NCBI RefSeq assembly: GCF_963921235.1 | Contig: NC_086101.1 | Location: 62,001-126,000, forward strand | Direction of reading: 5' to 3' | Source of the DNA: Mobula hypostoma | Taxonomy: Eukaryota | DNA: 64,000 nt | Shown here: positions 47,728-62,402 of the stretch, in pieces | Position numbering within the stretch: position 1 is the stretch's first letter | Layout: each line of letters begins with the position of its first letter | Translations under genes and position numbers: made by a program | The notes under the pieces: model-generated | What the model was told of the DNA's origin: nothing | Database searches by the model: none | What the model saw: the letters and a program-made list of their open reading frames with translations, nothing else

Positions 47728-49862
47728 GCGCCTCTTCCTATAGATGCTGCCTGGCCTGCTGCGTTCACCAGCAACTTTGATGTATGTTGCATGGACATAT
47801 GGTTGATGTTTAGAGATCTCTTGCAGGATGTTAGAGATAAATTTGTCCCGGTGAGGAAGATAAAGAATGGTAGGGTGAAGGAACCATGGGTGACAAGTGA
47901 GGTGAAAAAATCTAGTCAGGTGGAAGAAGGCAGCATACATGAGGTTTAGGAAGCAAGGATCAGATGGGTCTATTGAGGAATATAGGGAAGCAAGAAAGGA
48001 GCTTAAGAAGGGGCTGAGAAGAACAAGAAGGGGGCATGAGAAGGCCTTAGCGAGTAGGGTAAAGGAAAACATCAAGGCATTCTTCAATTATCTGAAGAAC
48101 AAAAGGATGACAGGAGTGAAGGAAGGACCGATCAAAGGTAAAGTTGGGAAGATGTGCTTGGAGGTCGTGGAAGTGAGCGAGGTCCTCAATGAATACTTCT
48201 CTTCGATATTCACCAATGAGAAGGAACTTGATGATGGTGAGGACAATATGAGTGAAGTTGATGTTCTGGAGCATGTTGATATTAAGGGAGCGGAGGTGTT
48301 GGAGTTGTTAAAATACATTAGGACGGATATGTCCCCGGGGCCTGACGGAATATTCCCCAGGCTGCTCCATGAGGCGAGAGAAGGGATTGCTGAGCCTCTG
48401 GCTGGGATCTTTATGTCCTCGTTGTCCACGGGAATGGTACCGGAGGATTGGAGGGAAGCGAATGTTGTCCCCTTGTTCAAAAAAGGTAGTAGGGTTAGTC
48501 CAGGTAATTATAGACCAGTGAGCCTTACGTCTGTGGTGGGAAAGCTGTTGGAAAAGATTCTTAGGGATAGGATCTCTGGGCATTTAGAGAATCACGGTCT
48601 GATCAGGGAGAGTCAGCATGGCTTTGTGAAGGGCAGATTGTGTCTAACAAGCCTGATAGAGTTCTTTGAGCAGGTGACCAGACATATAGATGAGAGTAGT
48701 GCAGTGGATGTGATCTATATGGATTTCAGTAAGGCATTTGACAAGGTGTCACACGGTAGGCTTATTCAGAAAGTCAGAAGGCATGGGATTCATGGAAGTT
48801 TGTCCAGGTGGATTCAGAATTGGCTTGACTGCAGAAGGCAGAGGGTCTTGCTGGAGGGAGTACATTCAGATTGGAGGATTGAGACTAGTGGTGTCCCACA
48901 AGGATCTGTTCTGAGACCTATACTGTTCGTGATTTTTATTAACGACCTGGATGTGGGGTTAGAGGGGTGGGTTTGCAATTTTGCAGAAGACACCAAGGTT
49001 GGTGGTGTTGTAGATAGTGTAGAGGATTGTCGAAGATTGCAGAGAGACATTGATAGGATGCAGAAGTGGGCTGAGAAGATGGAGTCAACCCGGAGAGGTG
49101 TGAGGTGTTACACTTTGCAAGGAGAAACTGCAAGGCAGAGAACAAACTAAATGGCAGGATACTTGGTTGTGTGGAGGAGCAGAGGGATCTGGGGGCACAT
49201 GTCGACACATCCCTGAAAGTTGCCTGACAGGTAGATCGGTTAGTTAAGAAAGCTTATGGGGTGTTAGCTTTCATAAGTCGAGGAACAGAGTTTAAGATTT
49301 GCGATGTAATGATACAGATCTATAAAACTCTGGTTAGGCCACACTTGGAGTATTGTGTCCAGTTCTGGTCGCCTCCCTATAGGAAGGATGTGGAAGCATT
49401 GGAAAGGGTACAGAGGAGATTTACCAGGATGCTGCCTGGTTTAGAGAGTATGCATTATGATGAGAGATTAAAGGAGCTGGGGCTTTACTCTTTGGAGAAA
49501 AGAAGGATGATAGGAGACATGATAGAGGTGTACAAGATAATAAGAGGAATAGATAGAGTGGATAGCCAGCACCTCTTCCCCAGGGCACCACTGCTCAATA
49601 CAAGAGAACATGGCTTTAAGGTAAGGGGTGGGAAGTTCAAGTGGGATATTAGAGGAAGTTTTTTTACTCAGAGAGTGGTTGGTGTGTGGAATGTACTGCC
49701 TGAGTCAGTGGTGGAGGCAGATACACTCGTAAAGTTTAAGAGACTACTAGACATGTATATGGAGTAATTTAAGGTTATATGGGAGGGAGGGTTTGAAGGT
49801 CGGCACAATATTGTGGGCTGAAGGGGCTGTAATGTGCTGTACTAATCTGTGTTCTATGTTCT

Positions 49863-50280
49863 ATACCCATCATAATTTTATATACTTGTATCAAATCTCC
49901 CCTCATTCTTCTATGCTCCAGGGAATAAAGTCCTAACCTATTTAACCTTTCTCTGTAACTGAGTTTCTCAAGTCCCGGCAACATCTTTGGAAACCTTCTC
50001 TGCACTCTTTGAACCTTATTAATATCCTTCCTGTAATTTGGTGACCAAAACTGAACAGAATACTCCAGATTCGGCCTCACCAATGCCTGATACAACGTCA
50101 TCATAACATTCCAGCTCTTATACTCAATACTTTGATTAATAAAGGCCAATGTACCAAAAGCTCTCTTTACTACCCTATCTACCTGTGACGCCACTTTTAG
50201 GGAATTTTGTATCTGTATTCCCAGATCCCGCCGTTCAACTGCATTCCTTAGTGCCTTACCATTCACCCTGTATGTTCTAC
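49863..50280 (-). mobile_element. CR1-C internal fragment
   Basis: ORF 49775-50266 LVRPNLEYSVQFWSP; abuts the gypsy integrase through ttctac. Confidence 0.9.
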
Positions 50281-52616
50281 TGGCCGAATTTAAGAGGGGA
50301 TGTTGTGAATTTTTGGAGGACTTGCCATACCTGCCAGGTTGAGGTGAAACTTAATTCGTTTATTCAAGTAACACTACTTAAACCGATACCTGCTTTTGGT
50401 GAACCTTTTTCTCAGGTCATAGTGGATTGTGTGGGCCCATTGCTGAAGACTGCAGCTGGTCATCAGTATTTGTTAACAATTATGTGTGCTGTATCTAGGT
50501 TCCCTGAAGCCGTGCCCCCTGGAAACACCAAGGCCAAGACTGTGGTAAAAGCATTCAGTACGTTTTGCGCACTGATAGGTCTGCTCAAGGATATCCAATT
50601 TGACCAGGGTAGTAACCTTACTTCGAGAACAATCCAGTGGATAGTTGGAGAACTGGGAGCAAAGCACATTGTGTCATATGCATATCACACAGAGTCCGAG
50701 GGAGCCTTGGAACGGTTAAACTCCACTCTTAAGACCATAATTAAAACATATTATGTGAAAAATGGGAAACACTAGGATGAGGGGTTCCCCTACTCTTATT
50801 TGCTGTTGGAGATACGATTCAAAAATCATTGGAGGATAGTGTGTTTGAACCTGTGTTCTGTCACAAGCTAAAATGACCTTTGACCTTGCTCAAGGAGCAA
50901 TGGTCTAACCCAAAAGTGTGTGTCAACGTGTTAGATTATGTTTTATAATTCCGGAAAAGATTTAATGAGTTTTGTGACCTTGCAAAGGAAAGTTTTCAAA
51001 ATGTTCAAATTAAAAAAGAACACTTGTTTGATAGGATGGCACCTGTGGGTACTGTTATGAAAACAAATGGAGCCGTGGAGGCTGAAAATGAAATGAAAAA
51101 TTATTTTAACCCGCTGAATTTAGTATCAACAAGATTTAAGAATTCCATTGTTTTGAAAAATATTACTGAGAAGGTCCATCAATTGGAACCTACACCGCAA
51201 AAACAATTGGAAGAATTAATTAGCAAACATAAAGATTTATTTCCTGACATTCTAAGACAGTGTGCATCTGCAGTGCATGACATCATTGTAAATTTATCCC
51301 AGCCCATCAGAGAGCATCCTTATACAATGAATTTAGAGGAAAGTAAAATGGTTGAACGAGAAATTGGAAACAAGAAGGAAAAAGGAAAGAGAGTGGATAA
51401 CTGTATTGATAAAGTGGGGAAGTCTAAATACCTTACAAAGATTGACCTATTAAGAGGATATTGGGGTGTTCCTTTAACAGAGAGGGCTAAAGAGATATCA
51501 GCATTTGTGACACCACCTGGACCGTATGAGTACAAGGTTTTACCCTTCGGGATGAGAAATGCTCCAGAGACATTTCAAAGAATGGTTAATTCTGTGATTA
51601 GAGGGTTAGAAAACACAGGGGCTTATAGCGATGATTTAGTAGGCTGGAATGACACATGGGAAGAGCATATTGCGGCTGTAGAAAAATTGTTCAAAATGCT
51701 GTTCAAGGCAAATCTTACTGTGAACCTCGCTAAAAGTGAGTTTGGCCACGCCACTGTCACGTATCTTGGCTATGTAGTAGGCCAGGGCCAACTGGTTCCT
51801 GTACAGGCCAAAGTTCAAGCTATTGCTGAGGTTCCCGTTCCAACGGGCAAGAAAGCTTTAAACAGATTTTTGGAAATGTTTGGGTATTATCGTAAGTTTT
51901 GTAAGAACTTTGCTGACATCACTCTCCCCCTAACAAAACTCCTAGGGAAGAGTAAAAAATTTGTATGGAATGACTTTTGCCAGGAGGCATTTGAACACCT
52001 GAAAACCATCCTGTGTTATCATCCTGTGCTCAAGGCACCTGATTTTTCCAAGCCATTTTCTATAGCAACAGACGCTAGTGACGGAGCTGCTGAGGCAGTA
52101 CTGTTACAGAAGGGTGTGAATGATATTGAACATCCAGTAGCTTATTTCTCAAAGAAATTTAATGAGCATCAGAAAAATTATTCCAAATTATTGAAAAGGA
52201 ATTGCTAGCACTTATTCTGGCTTTACAACATTTTGAAGTCTATGTTTGTCATGCCCAGAGACAACTTGTGGTTTACACGGATCACAATTCCTTGGTATTT
52301 CTAACTAAGACGAAGGATAAGAATAGATGGTTATTAAATTGGAGCCTGATATTGCAAGAATATGACCCAACAAATCAAACAAGTGAAAGTTACTGACATT
52401 ATACCTGATTGTTTATCCAGATGTTAAGTTATAAATTGTACACGTTTTTGCTCTGTCATCTAATGATTATACATGTATTGTTTCAAACTCTGAAATTTCC
52501 ATTTAAACAAAAATTTTGCCTTCGTCAAATTTTTTTTTGAAGGAAGGGGGTGTGACGGGGTCCTGAAATACCCCGATGAACTGTCCTTAATTACCCCCAT
52601 GAACTGTGCTTTTGAA

Positions 52617-52648
<32 letters not shown>

Positions 52649-53360
52649 TGTTATTTAACACCGACATCTTGTTTTTAAGAGAGAGAGAGAGGCGAAGACT
52701 GCTCACAGTTTGTTTACACTTTTGCAAAGACACTTAGCAGCTTCCAAGTTCTTAGAGACAGAGAAGGGAGGAGCTGTTTGAGTGACAGTTAGTATTCAGC
52801 AGTGAGATAAATAGAAGGTCAGATTATAAACGGACAGACACATGATACTGGACACTGAATGAGCTTTGTTGTTCCCACAGAAAAAGTGGGTTTTGGAGGA
52901 CCGATCAGTGGCTCTCACAGTGTGAAAAGGGAGTGACCGGTGGGGAGTTGTTTGTGTGTCCGACCCTCACCTGGGTTGATAATTCCATTACTGAAGAACA
53001 GTCCCCTTTGTTTTGGTCACAGTTGGTGACTTAAAAGGATTTCGGAGGACAACGGGAAGATCGATGGCGTCAGCTCACCTGAAGACTCAAATCTCTCCCT
53101 CTCTCTCTCCATCACTACTCAACTCAATACCACGAACTGAACTGAACTTTACTCATCATCGTAAGACTATTTACCTCTAGATTTGAAGAAGCTTGGTTTT
53201 CATATATTTCCACACTTACTTATGTATAATCATTGCTAACCTGTTTGATTTATCTGCATTTATATTACTGTATTGTGTAGTTACTAATAAATACCCTTAA
53301 TTAACAGCAATACTGGACTCCAAAGTGCTGGTTCTTTAACCCGTCACCGGGTGCGTGACA
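50275..53360 (+). mobile_element. 3' part of a Gmr1-type Ty3/gypsy LTR retrotransposon: integrase - RT - RNase H - PPT - 3'LTR
   Basis: FYWP..C..CQ, VDCVGP, DQGSN, EGALER (50275-50770); IDLLRGYW, LPFGMRNAP, YSDD, YLG (51024-52208); TDAS, YTDH; PPT gaaggaaggggg 52539-52550. Confidence 0.93.
52551..53360 (+). repeat. 3' LTR of the gypsy element
   Basis: TGTGAC...GTGACA, directly after PPT, AATAAA ~53286; similar to solo LTR 27790-28708. Confidence 0.9.
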
Positions 53361-53429
53361 GTACACTCCAACCTGATGAGCTGAACTATAACACCAGTTT
53401 TGTCTTCTGAATCCAGAGCCCCAAGGGAA

Positions 53430-54215
53430 ACACGCACCAGTTTACCACAAGATGACAGAGCGAAGTGACAGTAGAGCTCAGCTCAAACAAAGAAAACAAC
53501 CGAAACAAAGAGCAGGAGAGTGGTGGTGGAGAGAACTCGTTGGGTCTGGTGTCCAGATGGAAACGGAGAGCTCTGTGGCTTTCCTGGTGGGAGGTAGAGA
53601 TGAATATGGACTGAGTATCCACCGTGACAATAAGATGATCGGGGCTGGGGAACTTGATATTATTGTAAAGAGTTTTTGTGCGTTGCTTGGATTTCCAGCA
53701 TCTGCAGATTTTTGATGGGAAATTCCGTTTGTTGTGGACTGAGCGAATGTGTTTGTCAAAGTGGACTCCCGGTCTGCATTGGGTCTCACTAATGTAGAAA
53801 TGGCCTCACTGGGAGCATCAGATACAGTAGATCAAATTGACAGTCTTGCAGGTGAAGTGTTCCCTCACCTGGAAGGGCTGATTGTGATTCAGAATGGGAC
53901 TGAAGGAGGAAGTAAATGGGAGTGCGTAGAACTTCCTGCGCTTGCAAGGAATGTTCTGGGGGGTGGGGGGGGGGAGATGAGTGGGTAGTGACGAATGGAA
54001 TCCTTGTGAAAAGCAGAAAGTTGGGGCTGGGGCTGGGGAGGTAAAGATAGGAAAGCAGGAAGCAGTTTAGTCAAGACAACCGTATAAATCGGTAGGTTTA
54101 TAAAAAATGTCAGCTCGTGTGAATGTTTGGTGAGCCCTACCACGGCCGGTGTCTTCCTCGGGTCCGCTGTGATCTGAATCTGCCAGGGTGGATGGTGGAG
54201 GGTTTTACAGAGATG
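53430..54215 (-). repeat. Downstream segment of ZNF cassette (paralog of 23080-23820)
   Basis: ORF-track translations 53452-53715 vs 23528-23800 nearly identical; nucleotide collinearity. Confidence 0.85.
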
Positions 54216-54440
54216 GCAAGTGTGTAGGTGTCAGTTGGATTCATAGAATGGTGATGGGTGTAGCTTTAGAAGGGTTTTCACAGATGGTGAGGGCTGCAAG
54301 GATTGGAGGTGTTAACAGAAATGGGGAGTGGTGTCGGGGTTGGAAGGGTTTTCACAGATGGTGGACACTGCAAGGATCGGAGGTGTTAACAGAAGTGGGG
54401 AGTGGTGTAGTGATGGAAGGGTTTTCACAGACGGTGAGCG
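54190..54440. repeat. Degenerate tandem repeat, ~73-bp unit, ~3.3 copies
   Basis: ga(a/g)gggtttt(c)acaga..gg at 54198, 54269, 54343, 54416. Confidence 0.85.
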
Positions 54441-55999
54441 GTGTAAGAATGCTTCTCCACCACCGTGGAAATGTAATTCACTTGTCAACCAAAATGTTTT
54501 TTTTTCTGTCTGTAACCAGCTGGAACCTGTATTGTATCAGAGTGCTTTGCTAATAATGTTCGTGCAACATGATGCTGATGGTACCTGAGCACTTGACTGT
54601 AGACCTGCAGCTGTGTTACTGGAAGAATGCCAAATACTCTGATTCAGCAGACAAACAGAATACACCCTGTCCTTGGACTTGTGTCCAGAGGAGTGACAGT
54701 ACTGGCTTCTGGTTTTTTTGGACAATAGCTGTTACCAGCTCTTGTGCAGTACTAGCCTTCCCTTGCTGCAAGTAAAAATAAACGCTTTTATAATTGATAC
54801 GCTCTGAGCTAATTGTTGGTTATAAGACATAGTGAAAAGGTGCTTGACACCACCTCCTACCTGGACCCCCACTCTTACCTGCAGCGGCACCTTACTCCCC
54901 ACGGCTTCGCCATTTCACCACAATACCACAAGACATAGGAACTGAAATACCCATTCCGTCCATTAAGTCTTCTCCACCATTCGATCATAGCTATTGGATT
55001 GTCCCTCTAAACTCCATACTGCTGCCTTCTACCCGTCACCTTTGACATCCTTATTAATCAACAACCCACCGTTTACTTACTTAAAGCCTGCTATGCTGCT
55101 GGTGTATAGGGTAGCAATGAAGAGGCTCACCAGAAAGTTGTCTGGATTAGAAGCACGAGCTACTGTGTGAGGAGAGTTCAGACAAACTCGGGCTGTTTTC
55201 TCTGGAGTGGAGGAGGCTCAGGGGTCCTGATAGAGCTCGATAAGATTACGAGAGGTACAGATCGAGTGGACAGCTGCCATTTTTAACCTTCCGGGTCACA
55301 ATGTTCTATACCAGAGAGCACACATTTAGAGAGATGAGGGACCTGTGGAATTCATTGCCACGGACAGCTCAGAGGCCAAGTCATTGGGTTTATTTAAAAC
55401 CGAGATTGATCAGTAAAGGTGTCAAAGGTCATGGGGAGAAGGCAGGCGAATGGAGTTGAGAAGAAAAATAAAAGACACAAGGACAGCGACAGAAAGAGGA
55501 AACTTTAGAGAGAGACGTGTCAAGCACAGACAGAAGGGACAGACTCAGGTGGGGGGTTCTTGTCTGGCGTAGAGCAGTAGGGCTGAACACCGGTTCATTT
55601 TGCACTCTTGGATCTTCAGTGAGACCCAGTTTCTCATCAGTACATATTTCACAAACAATACATTTCAATGTTCAAGTTCAACATAAATTTATTATCAAAG
55701 TGTGTTAACCAGATGTTATCAAACAATTCCTTTTCTTCTTGACAAGGCAACTCAATGTTCACCCCCAGCCTGGGGTAGGGAATGGGACTAATTCCAGAGG
55801 GGGAGGGGTGGGTTTGTCTGGGACTTTGTGAACGAGCCCTAACAACATCCTCCTCATTCCCCTTTTCCCTTCTCACTCCCCTGCAGGTGTTTGTGTGTGA
55901 GAGAGACCTGCCTGCCCAGTCACACTCCATCAATGATGTGCTCTCTCCCCCAACACACTCACACTCCTCTGCACACAGCAATCCTCACCAGCTCAAATG

Positions 56000-56800
56000 A
56001 TCCAAAAATCGTATACCCTCCCTCCTGCACCAACTCCTTAGCCACGTGTTAAACTGTATAATCTTCTGATTCCTGGCAATTGGCACAGATCACACTCCTG
56101 TGATCACACTCGTGGACGAGCTGCCCTTTAACTTAGCACCTCACCTCCTGAACTCCCTTTGCAGTACCTCGCTACTCTACCAGCCCATATCATTGTTATC
56201 AACGTGGACCACGACCTTCATTGTTGCCCCTCCTTAGGAATGCTGAGCTCTCGACCTGAGATGTCCCAGATCTGGAGCACACAGGAGGCTACATACCATC
56301 CTGGAATCTCATTCTCACTCACAGAACATCCAGTCAGTTCCCTTAATTAACAAATCACCTACGACTATAGCTCCCCTCTTCTCCACCCTTCCCTCCTCAG
56401 TCTCAGAGCCAGACTAAGTGCTAGAGAACCGACTGCTGTGTCCTTCCTTTGCCAGGTCATCCCACCGTCTATGAGTGTGTCTAAAGTGATATATGTGTTG
56501 TTCAGGGGGATGGACACAGGGTTAAACAGCACTTGGTTTCCCCCTTTCCCCTTCCTGTCACCCAGTTTCCTGTGCCGTACACCTTGGGTGTAACTACCTC
56601 CCTATATGTCCTTCCTATCACCCCTTCAGCCTCCCAAATGATCTGGAGTTCATTCATTTCCAGCTGCAACTCCTTAATGTGGATTGTTCAGAGCTGCAGT
56701 TGGATGCACTTCTCACAGGTGCAGTTATCAGGGACGCAGGAGGGTTTCCTGCTTTCCCACGTCCCACAAGAGAAGCTTACCACTATCCTGCCTGGCATCT
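56000..56800 (-). mobile_element. Degraded CR1 ORF1 region
   Basis: Reverse strand resembles 38230-39000 (CxxC motif, gtagcctcct..gctccagatc = CLPGA region, HV..ND remnant). Confidence 0.65.
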
Positions 56801-57291
56801 CTACTGTTCTGAGCAAATGTTAAGATAAAAATTCTAGTTCCATCATGATTTTGCCTTCTCTGACTGCTCTCCTCAATGAGGTAAAGCCTCGAAGTCTCCG
56901 CTCCAACTCTGTCTGCTCCACTTGCACCTGCACGACTTGATAATCAATCCTGAATTCTGATTGGCCACTGCTGAAAGCTTAAAAAAAAATCTGCCCTGAA
57001 CCACTGCTGGTAATACACAATTGGCAAACCAGAGTGAATTACGTCCCCTCAAGCCTCTGATCTCTCTGATTAACGATAGGTCAAAGCTCAGTGGTGTGAC
57101 ACAAGGATGAATGACTCATTGCAACCCATCCCACATTCATAGCTGGTGATTGCCCTCACCACAGCATGAACCCGCCACTGTCTCTGCAGCGTGGATGTGT
57201 GTGAATGCCTTCCCATGGTCTGAACAAGTCAACGTCCTCTCATTGCTGCAAAAAGCCTGGTGTGTTGGTAGGTGAGATGTGAGATACTCAA

Positions 57292-57910
57292 AGTGTTGAG
57301 TATAAGAGCTGGAATGTTATGATGAGGTTGTATAAGGCATTGGTGAGCCCGAATCTGGAGTATTGTGTTCAGTTTTGGTCACCAAATTACAGGAAGGATA
57401 TAAATAAGGTTGAAAGGGTGCAGAGAAGGTTTACAAGGATGTTGCTGGGACTTGAGAAACTCAGTTACATAGAAAGGTTGAATAGGTTAGGACTTTATTC
57501 CCTGGAGCATAGAAGAATGAGGGGAGATTTGATAGAAGTATATAAAATTATGCTGGGTATAGATAGAGTGAATGCAAGCAGGCTTTTTCCACTGAGGCAA
57601 GGGGAGAAAAAAACCAGAGGACATGGGTTAAGGGTGAAGGGGGAAAAGTTTAAAGGGAACATTAGGGGGAGTCTCTTCACACAGAGAGTGGTGGGAGTGT
57701 GGAATGAGCTGCCAGACGAGGTGGTAAATGCGGGTTCTTTTTTAACATTTAAGAATAAATTGGACAGATACATGGATAGGAGGTGTATGGAGGGATATGG
57801 TCTGTGTGCAGGTCAGTGGGACTAGGCAGAAAATAGTTCGGCACAGCCAAGAAGGGCCAAAAGGCCTGTTTCTGTGCTGTAGTCTTTCTATAGTTTCTGT
57901 GGTTTTCTAA
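57292..57910 (+). mobile_element. CR1-C 3' fragment inserted in degenerate finger tail of copy B
   Basis: ORF 57319-57825; degenerate finger sequence on both sides (57100-57285, 57911-58150). Confidence 0.93.
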
Positions 57911-57988
57911 GTCGGAGTGAATTCCTTCCCCCAGTCTGAGGAAGGTGAACAGTTTCTCCCTCAGTGTGAACTTGCTGACGTTCATTCA

Positions 57989-59130
<1,142 letters not shown>

Positions 59131-60319
59131 GCTTTCAGTGTGAACTCGCTGGTGTTCATTCAGCTGAGATGATTGAGAGAACACTTTCCCACATTCAGAG
59201 CAGGTGAATGGCTTCTCCCTGGTGTAAACTCGCTGATGTCACTGTGGCGTGGTTGAGTGTGTGAATGCCTTCCCATCATCTAAGCAGGTTACCGTCCTCT
59301 CACTGTTGAATATTTGGATATATCTTTATCAACGACGACAGAATGAATTGCTTCCCACAGTCAGAACAGGTGGAACATCTCACTATGGTGTGAACTTGGT
59401 GATGTATCTTCAGACTAGATGACTGAGTAGATAGATCCCCTCCCACATATAGAGCAGGTGAATGGCCTCTCCCCACTGTGAACTCACTGGCGTGTCTGCG
59501 GGTAGCCTGTGAGTGAATCTCTTCCCACACTGAGAGAAGGAGAATGATATCTCACTACGATCAATTCTCTGGCAATTCAGAAAGTCAGACGTTTGAATCT
59601 CTTGTACAATCAATGCAGTTGAAGAACTGATCTCCAGCGACCAATTGCTGTTGTGTTCTCAGAACCCTGGTTCCAGTGGATTTCACTGAGTTACAACAGA
59701 AAACTTCATTTCAAACACAAATATATTTCCAGCTGTGAGGATATACTTCTTCATCTCCAAGGATCGAAAACTGATGTGTTGGTCTTGCAAAGGTAATATC
59801 TGGTCACTCCTTATATATCCGGACAGAGAGAGCAAAGCTGACATGTTGAGATTCTCATGCACAAGTGTTCTGCCATTTCAAACCTGTAAAAATATTTGAA
59901 AGGACATCAATGGGTGAAGAACAAATTTTCAGGTGAGATTTTAGTTTATGGCGAGAACATAACAAATAGGAGCACGAGAACGCCATCTGGCCCATCTCCA
60001 CCAACCTGCCTTTTCCCCATCACTTTAATTTCCCTACTTTGCAAAAATCTATCCAACCTTGTCTCAAATACATTTACTGAGGTAGCCTCCACTGCTTTAT
60101 TCAGCAGAGAAATCCACATATTCACCACCCTCAGGGAAAAGCAGTTCCTCCTCATCTCCATCCCAAATGCCCTGAACCTCTAGTTCTAGTATCACCTAGC
60201 AGTGGAAACAACTTACCTGCCTCTATTTTATCTTTCCCTTTCATAATTTTACATGTTTTTATAAGATCTTCTCTCAGTGTGAGCTCTGGCATCATAACAT
60301 TACCCAGTTTAACTCAAGT

Positions 60320-61797
60320 TGAGATGTACCGCAGGCTACAGTGGGAAGCGAGGGAGGAGATTGCTGAGCATCTGGCAATGATCTTTGTATCATCAATAAG
60401 GATGGGAGAAGTACCCCAGGATTGTTCAAGAAAGGGAGTAGAGGTAACCCAGGAAATAATAGACCAGCGAGTCTTGTATCAGTGGTTGGCAAGTTGTTGG
60501 AGAAGATCCTAAGAGGGAGGACTTATGAGCATCAGATTAGGGGTAGTCAGCATGGCTTTGTCAAGGGCAGGTCATGCCTTACGAACCTGATTGAATACTT
60601 TGAGGATGTAACAAAACACACCGATGAAGGTGGAGCGTTGGATGTAGTGTACATGATTTTCAGTAAGACTTTTGATAAGGTTCCCCGTACGAGGCTCATT
60701 GAGAAAGTAATGAGGCAAGGATCCAAGGAGACCTGTTTAGTGGATCCAGGACTGGCTTGCCCACAGAAGGTAAAGGGTGGTTGTCGATGGTTTGTATTCT
60801 GCATGGAGGATGGGGACCAGTGATATTCTGCAGCGATCTGTTCTGGGACCCCTCCTCTCTCCTCTTTGTGATTTTTAAAAACGACCTTGATGAGGAAGTG
60901 GGAGAGTGAGTTTGTCAGTTTGTCGATAACACAAATGTAGGGGGTGTTGTGGATAGTCTGAATGGTTGTCAGAGTGGAGCGTGACATTGATAGGATGCAG
61001 AACTGGGCTGAGAAGTGACTGATGGAGTTCAACCCAGTGGTTCATTCCGGTAGGTCAAATTTGAAGACAGAATACAATATTAATGATAGGACTCTTGGCA
61101 GTTCGGAGGATCAGCGAGATCTTGGGGTCCGTGACAATTGTACATGCAAAGCTGCTGCACAGGTTGACAATGTTGTTAAGAAGGCCTTCATCAACCATGG
61201 GACTGAGTTCAAAAACCGTGAGGTAATGTTACAGATGTATAAGGCCTTAGTGAGACCCTACTTTTAGTACCGTGTTCAATTCTGATCATCTCACTGCAGG
61301 AAACATGTAGGTACTCTAGAAAGGGCGCAGAGGAGATTTACAAGGATGTTGCTTGGATTGGAGATCATGCCTTACAAGAATAGGTTGAGTAAACTTTGGA
61401 GCGATGGGAGATGAGAGGTGACCTGAGAGAGTTGTAGAAGATGATGAGAGGCATTGATCATGTGGATAGCCAGAGGTTATTTCCCAGGACTGAATTAGCC
61501 AACATGCGAGGGCATAGTTTTAAGGTGCTTGGAAGTAGGTACAAGGGGGATACCAGAGATAAGGTTTTCACACAGAGTGGCAGGTGCACGGAATACACTG
61601 CTAGTGACGGTGGTAGAGGCGGATACAATAAGGGTATTTTTAGACACTGTTAGGTAGATATGTGGAGCTTAGAATAATAGAAGGCTATGTGGTAGTGAAA
61701 CTCGAGGCAGATTCTAGAGTAGATTGTATGGTTGGCACGACATTGTGGGCTGAAGGGCCTGTAATGTATTGCAGACTTTTGTTTCTGTGTTTCTATA
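60320..61797 (+). mobile_element. Older CR1 fragment shared with copy A intron
   Basis: Reverse-complement collinear with 19375-20850. Confidence 0.9.
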
Positions 61798-62402
61798 TGA
61801 ACTCCTCATCTTCTAACAAGGCACGGACGAGGCATCCTAACTGACCAACAAATTCTCTGACTGTATTCCCTCTGTATGAGAATGGGTTATTTCTGCTTTC
61901 AATCCATCTGTGACTTAGCTCAATTTGTCTCTGTCCTTTGGTATTATTTCAATTTCTGGTTGTGTTCCACAACACTACAAAGAGAACTTGTTACTACATG
62001 TCTGCTCCTGGAGATTTCCTAACTACTGGGTTCTCTCCCATCCCCAGCTGATTGACAGTGATGAACCCATCGATGGCAATGCCAATGAACACGAAGGGGT
62101 GGGTAGTAGTTATTCTGATCGAGTGTGACACTTTTGTGATGTGAAAGCCACAAGTCACTTGTCATCGAGGACAAAGGTGCTTCATGTCATTATTTACCCA
62201 GAGAGAACTAAATCTGACGTATGGATTTCTTTTTGCCATGCAGCGCTAATTGACATTTTCACTGACTGGAAGGTGAACTCTTCATCCGAAAGTAACTGGA
62301 CACTATATATTTGTTCCGAGTTACTCATCCTCGGATTTACATGGCTGGCGGTCGGCAGTGTTTGAGACATATTCTCCGAGGACAATGCTGGTAGTGTCAA
62401 CC
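61798..62402 (-). other. Intron-1 module of ZNF copy B
   Basis: Collinear with rc of 17280-17610+19075-19375. Confidence 0.85.

Larger units (their letters stand above)
46592..47790. mobile_element. Young inverted Penelope insertion with GIY-YIG fragment
   Basis: Arms ~46625-47092 (-) and ~47323-47790 (+) almost identical; 14-bp TSD atggacatatggtt 46578-46591 / 47791-47804. Confidence 0.95.
38116..49862 (+). mobile_element. Apparently full-length CR1 subfamily A (5'UTR, ORF1 zinc-finger/SGNH esterase, ORF2, tail) hosting four nested insertions
   Basis: Host pieces 38116-39210, ~41456-42095, 46357-46591, 47805-49862 join collinearly; ORF1 motifs VIGDSIVRG, CLPGA, HVGTND, DG.YLN. Confidence 0.88.

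Noticed and set aside
46536..47798. Short ORFs such as ..SPDEGSRPETS.. (also 17599-17973, 33650-34036, 62643-63065)
   Set aside because: Spurious translations of the PLE terminal repeat/hammerhead
54190..54440. Repeat-spacer (CRISPR-like) pattern
   Set aside because: Intervening sequences are themselves similar: ordinary degenerate tandem repeat in a eukaryotic context
59131..59184. ORF-track start (MFSQ..) of copy B
   Set aside because: GTG codon inside a finger; first ATG is at 59130, matching copy A
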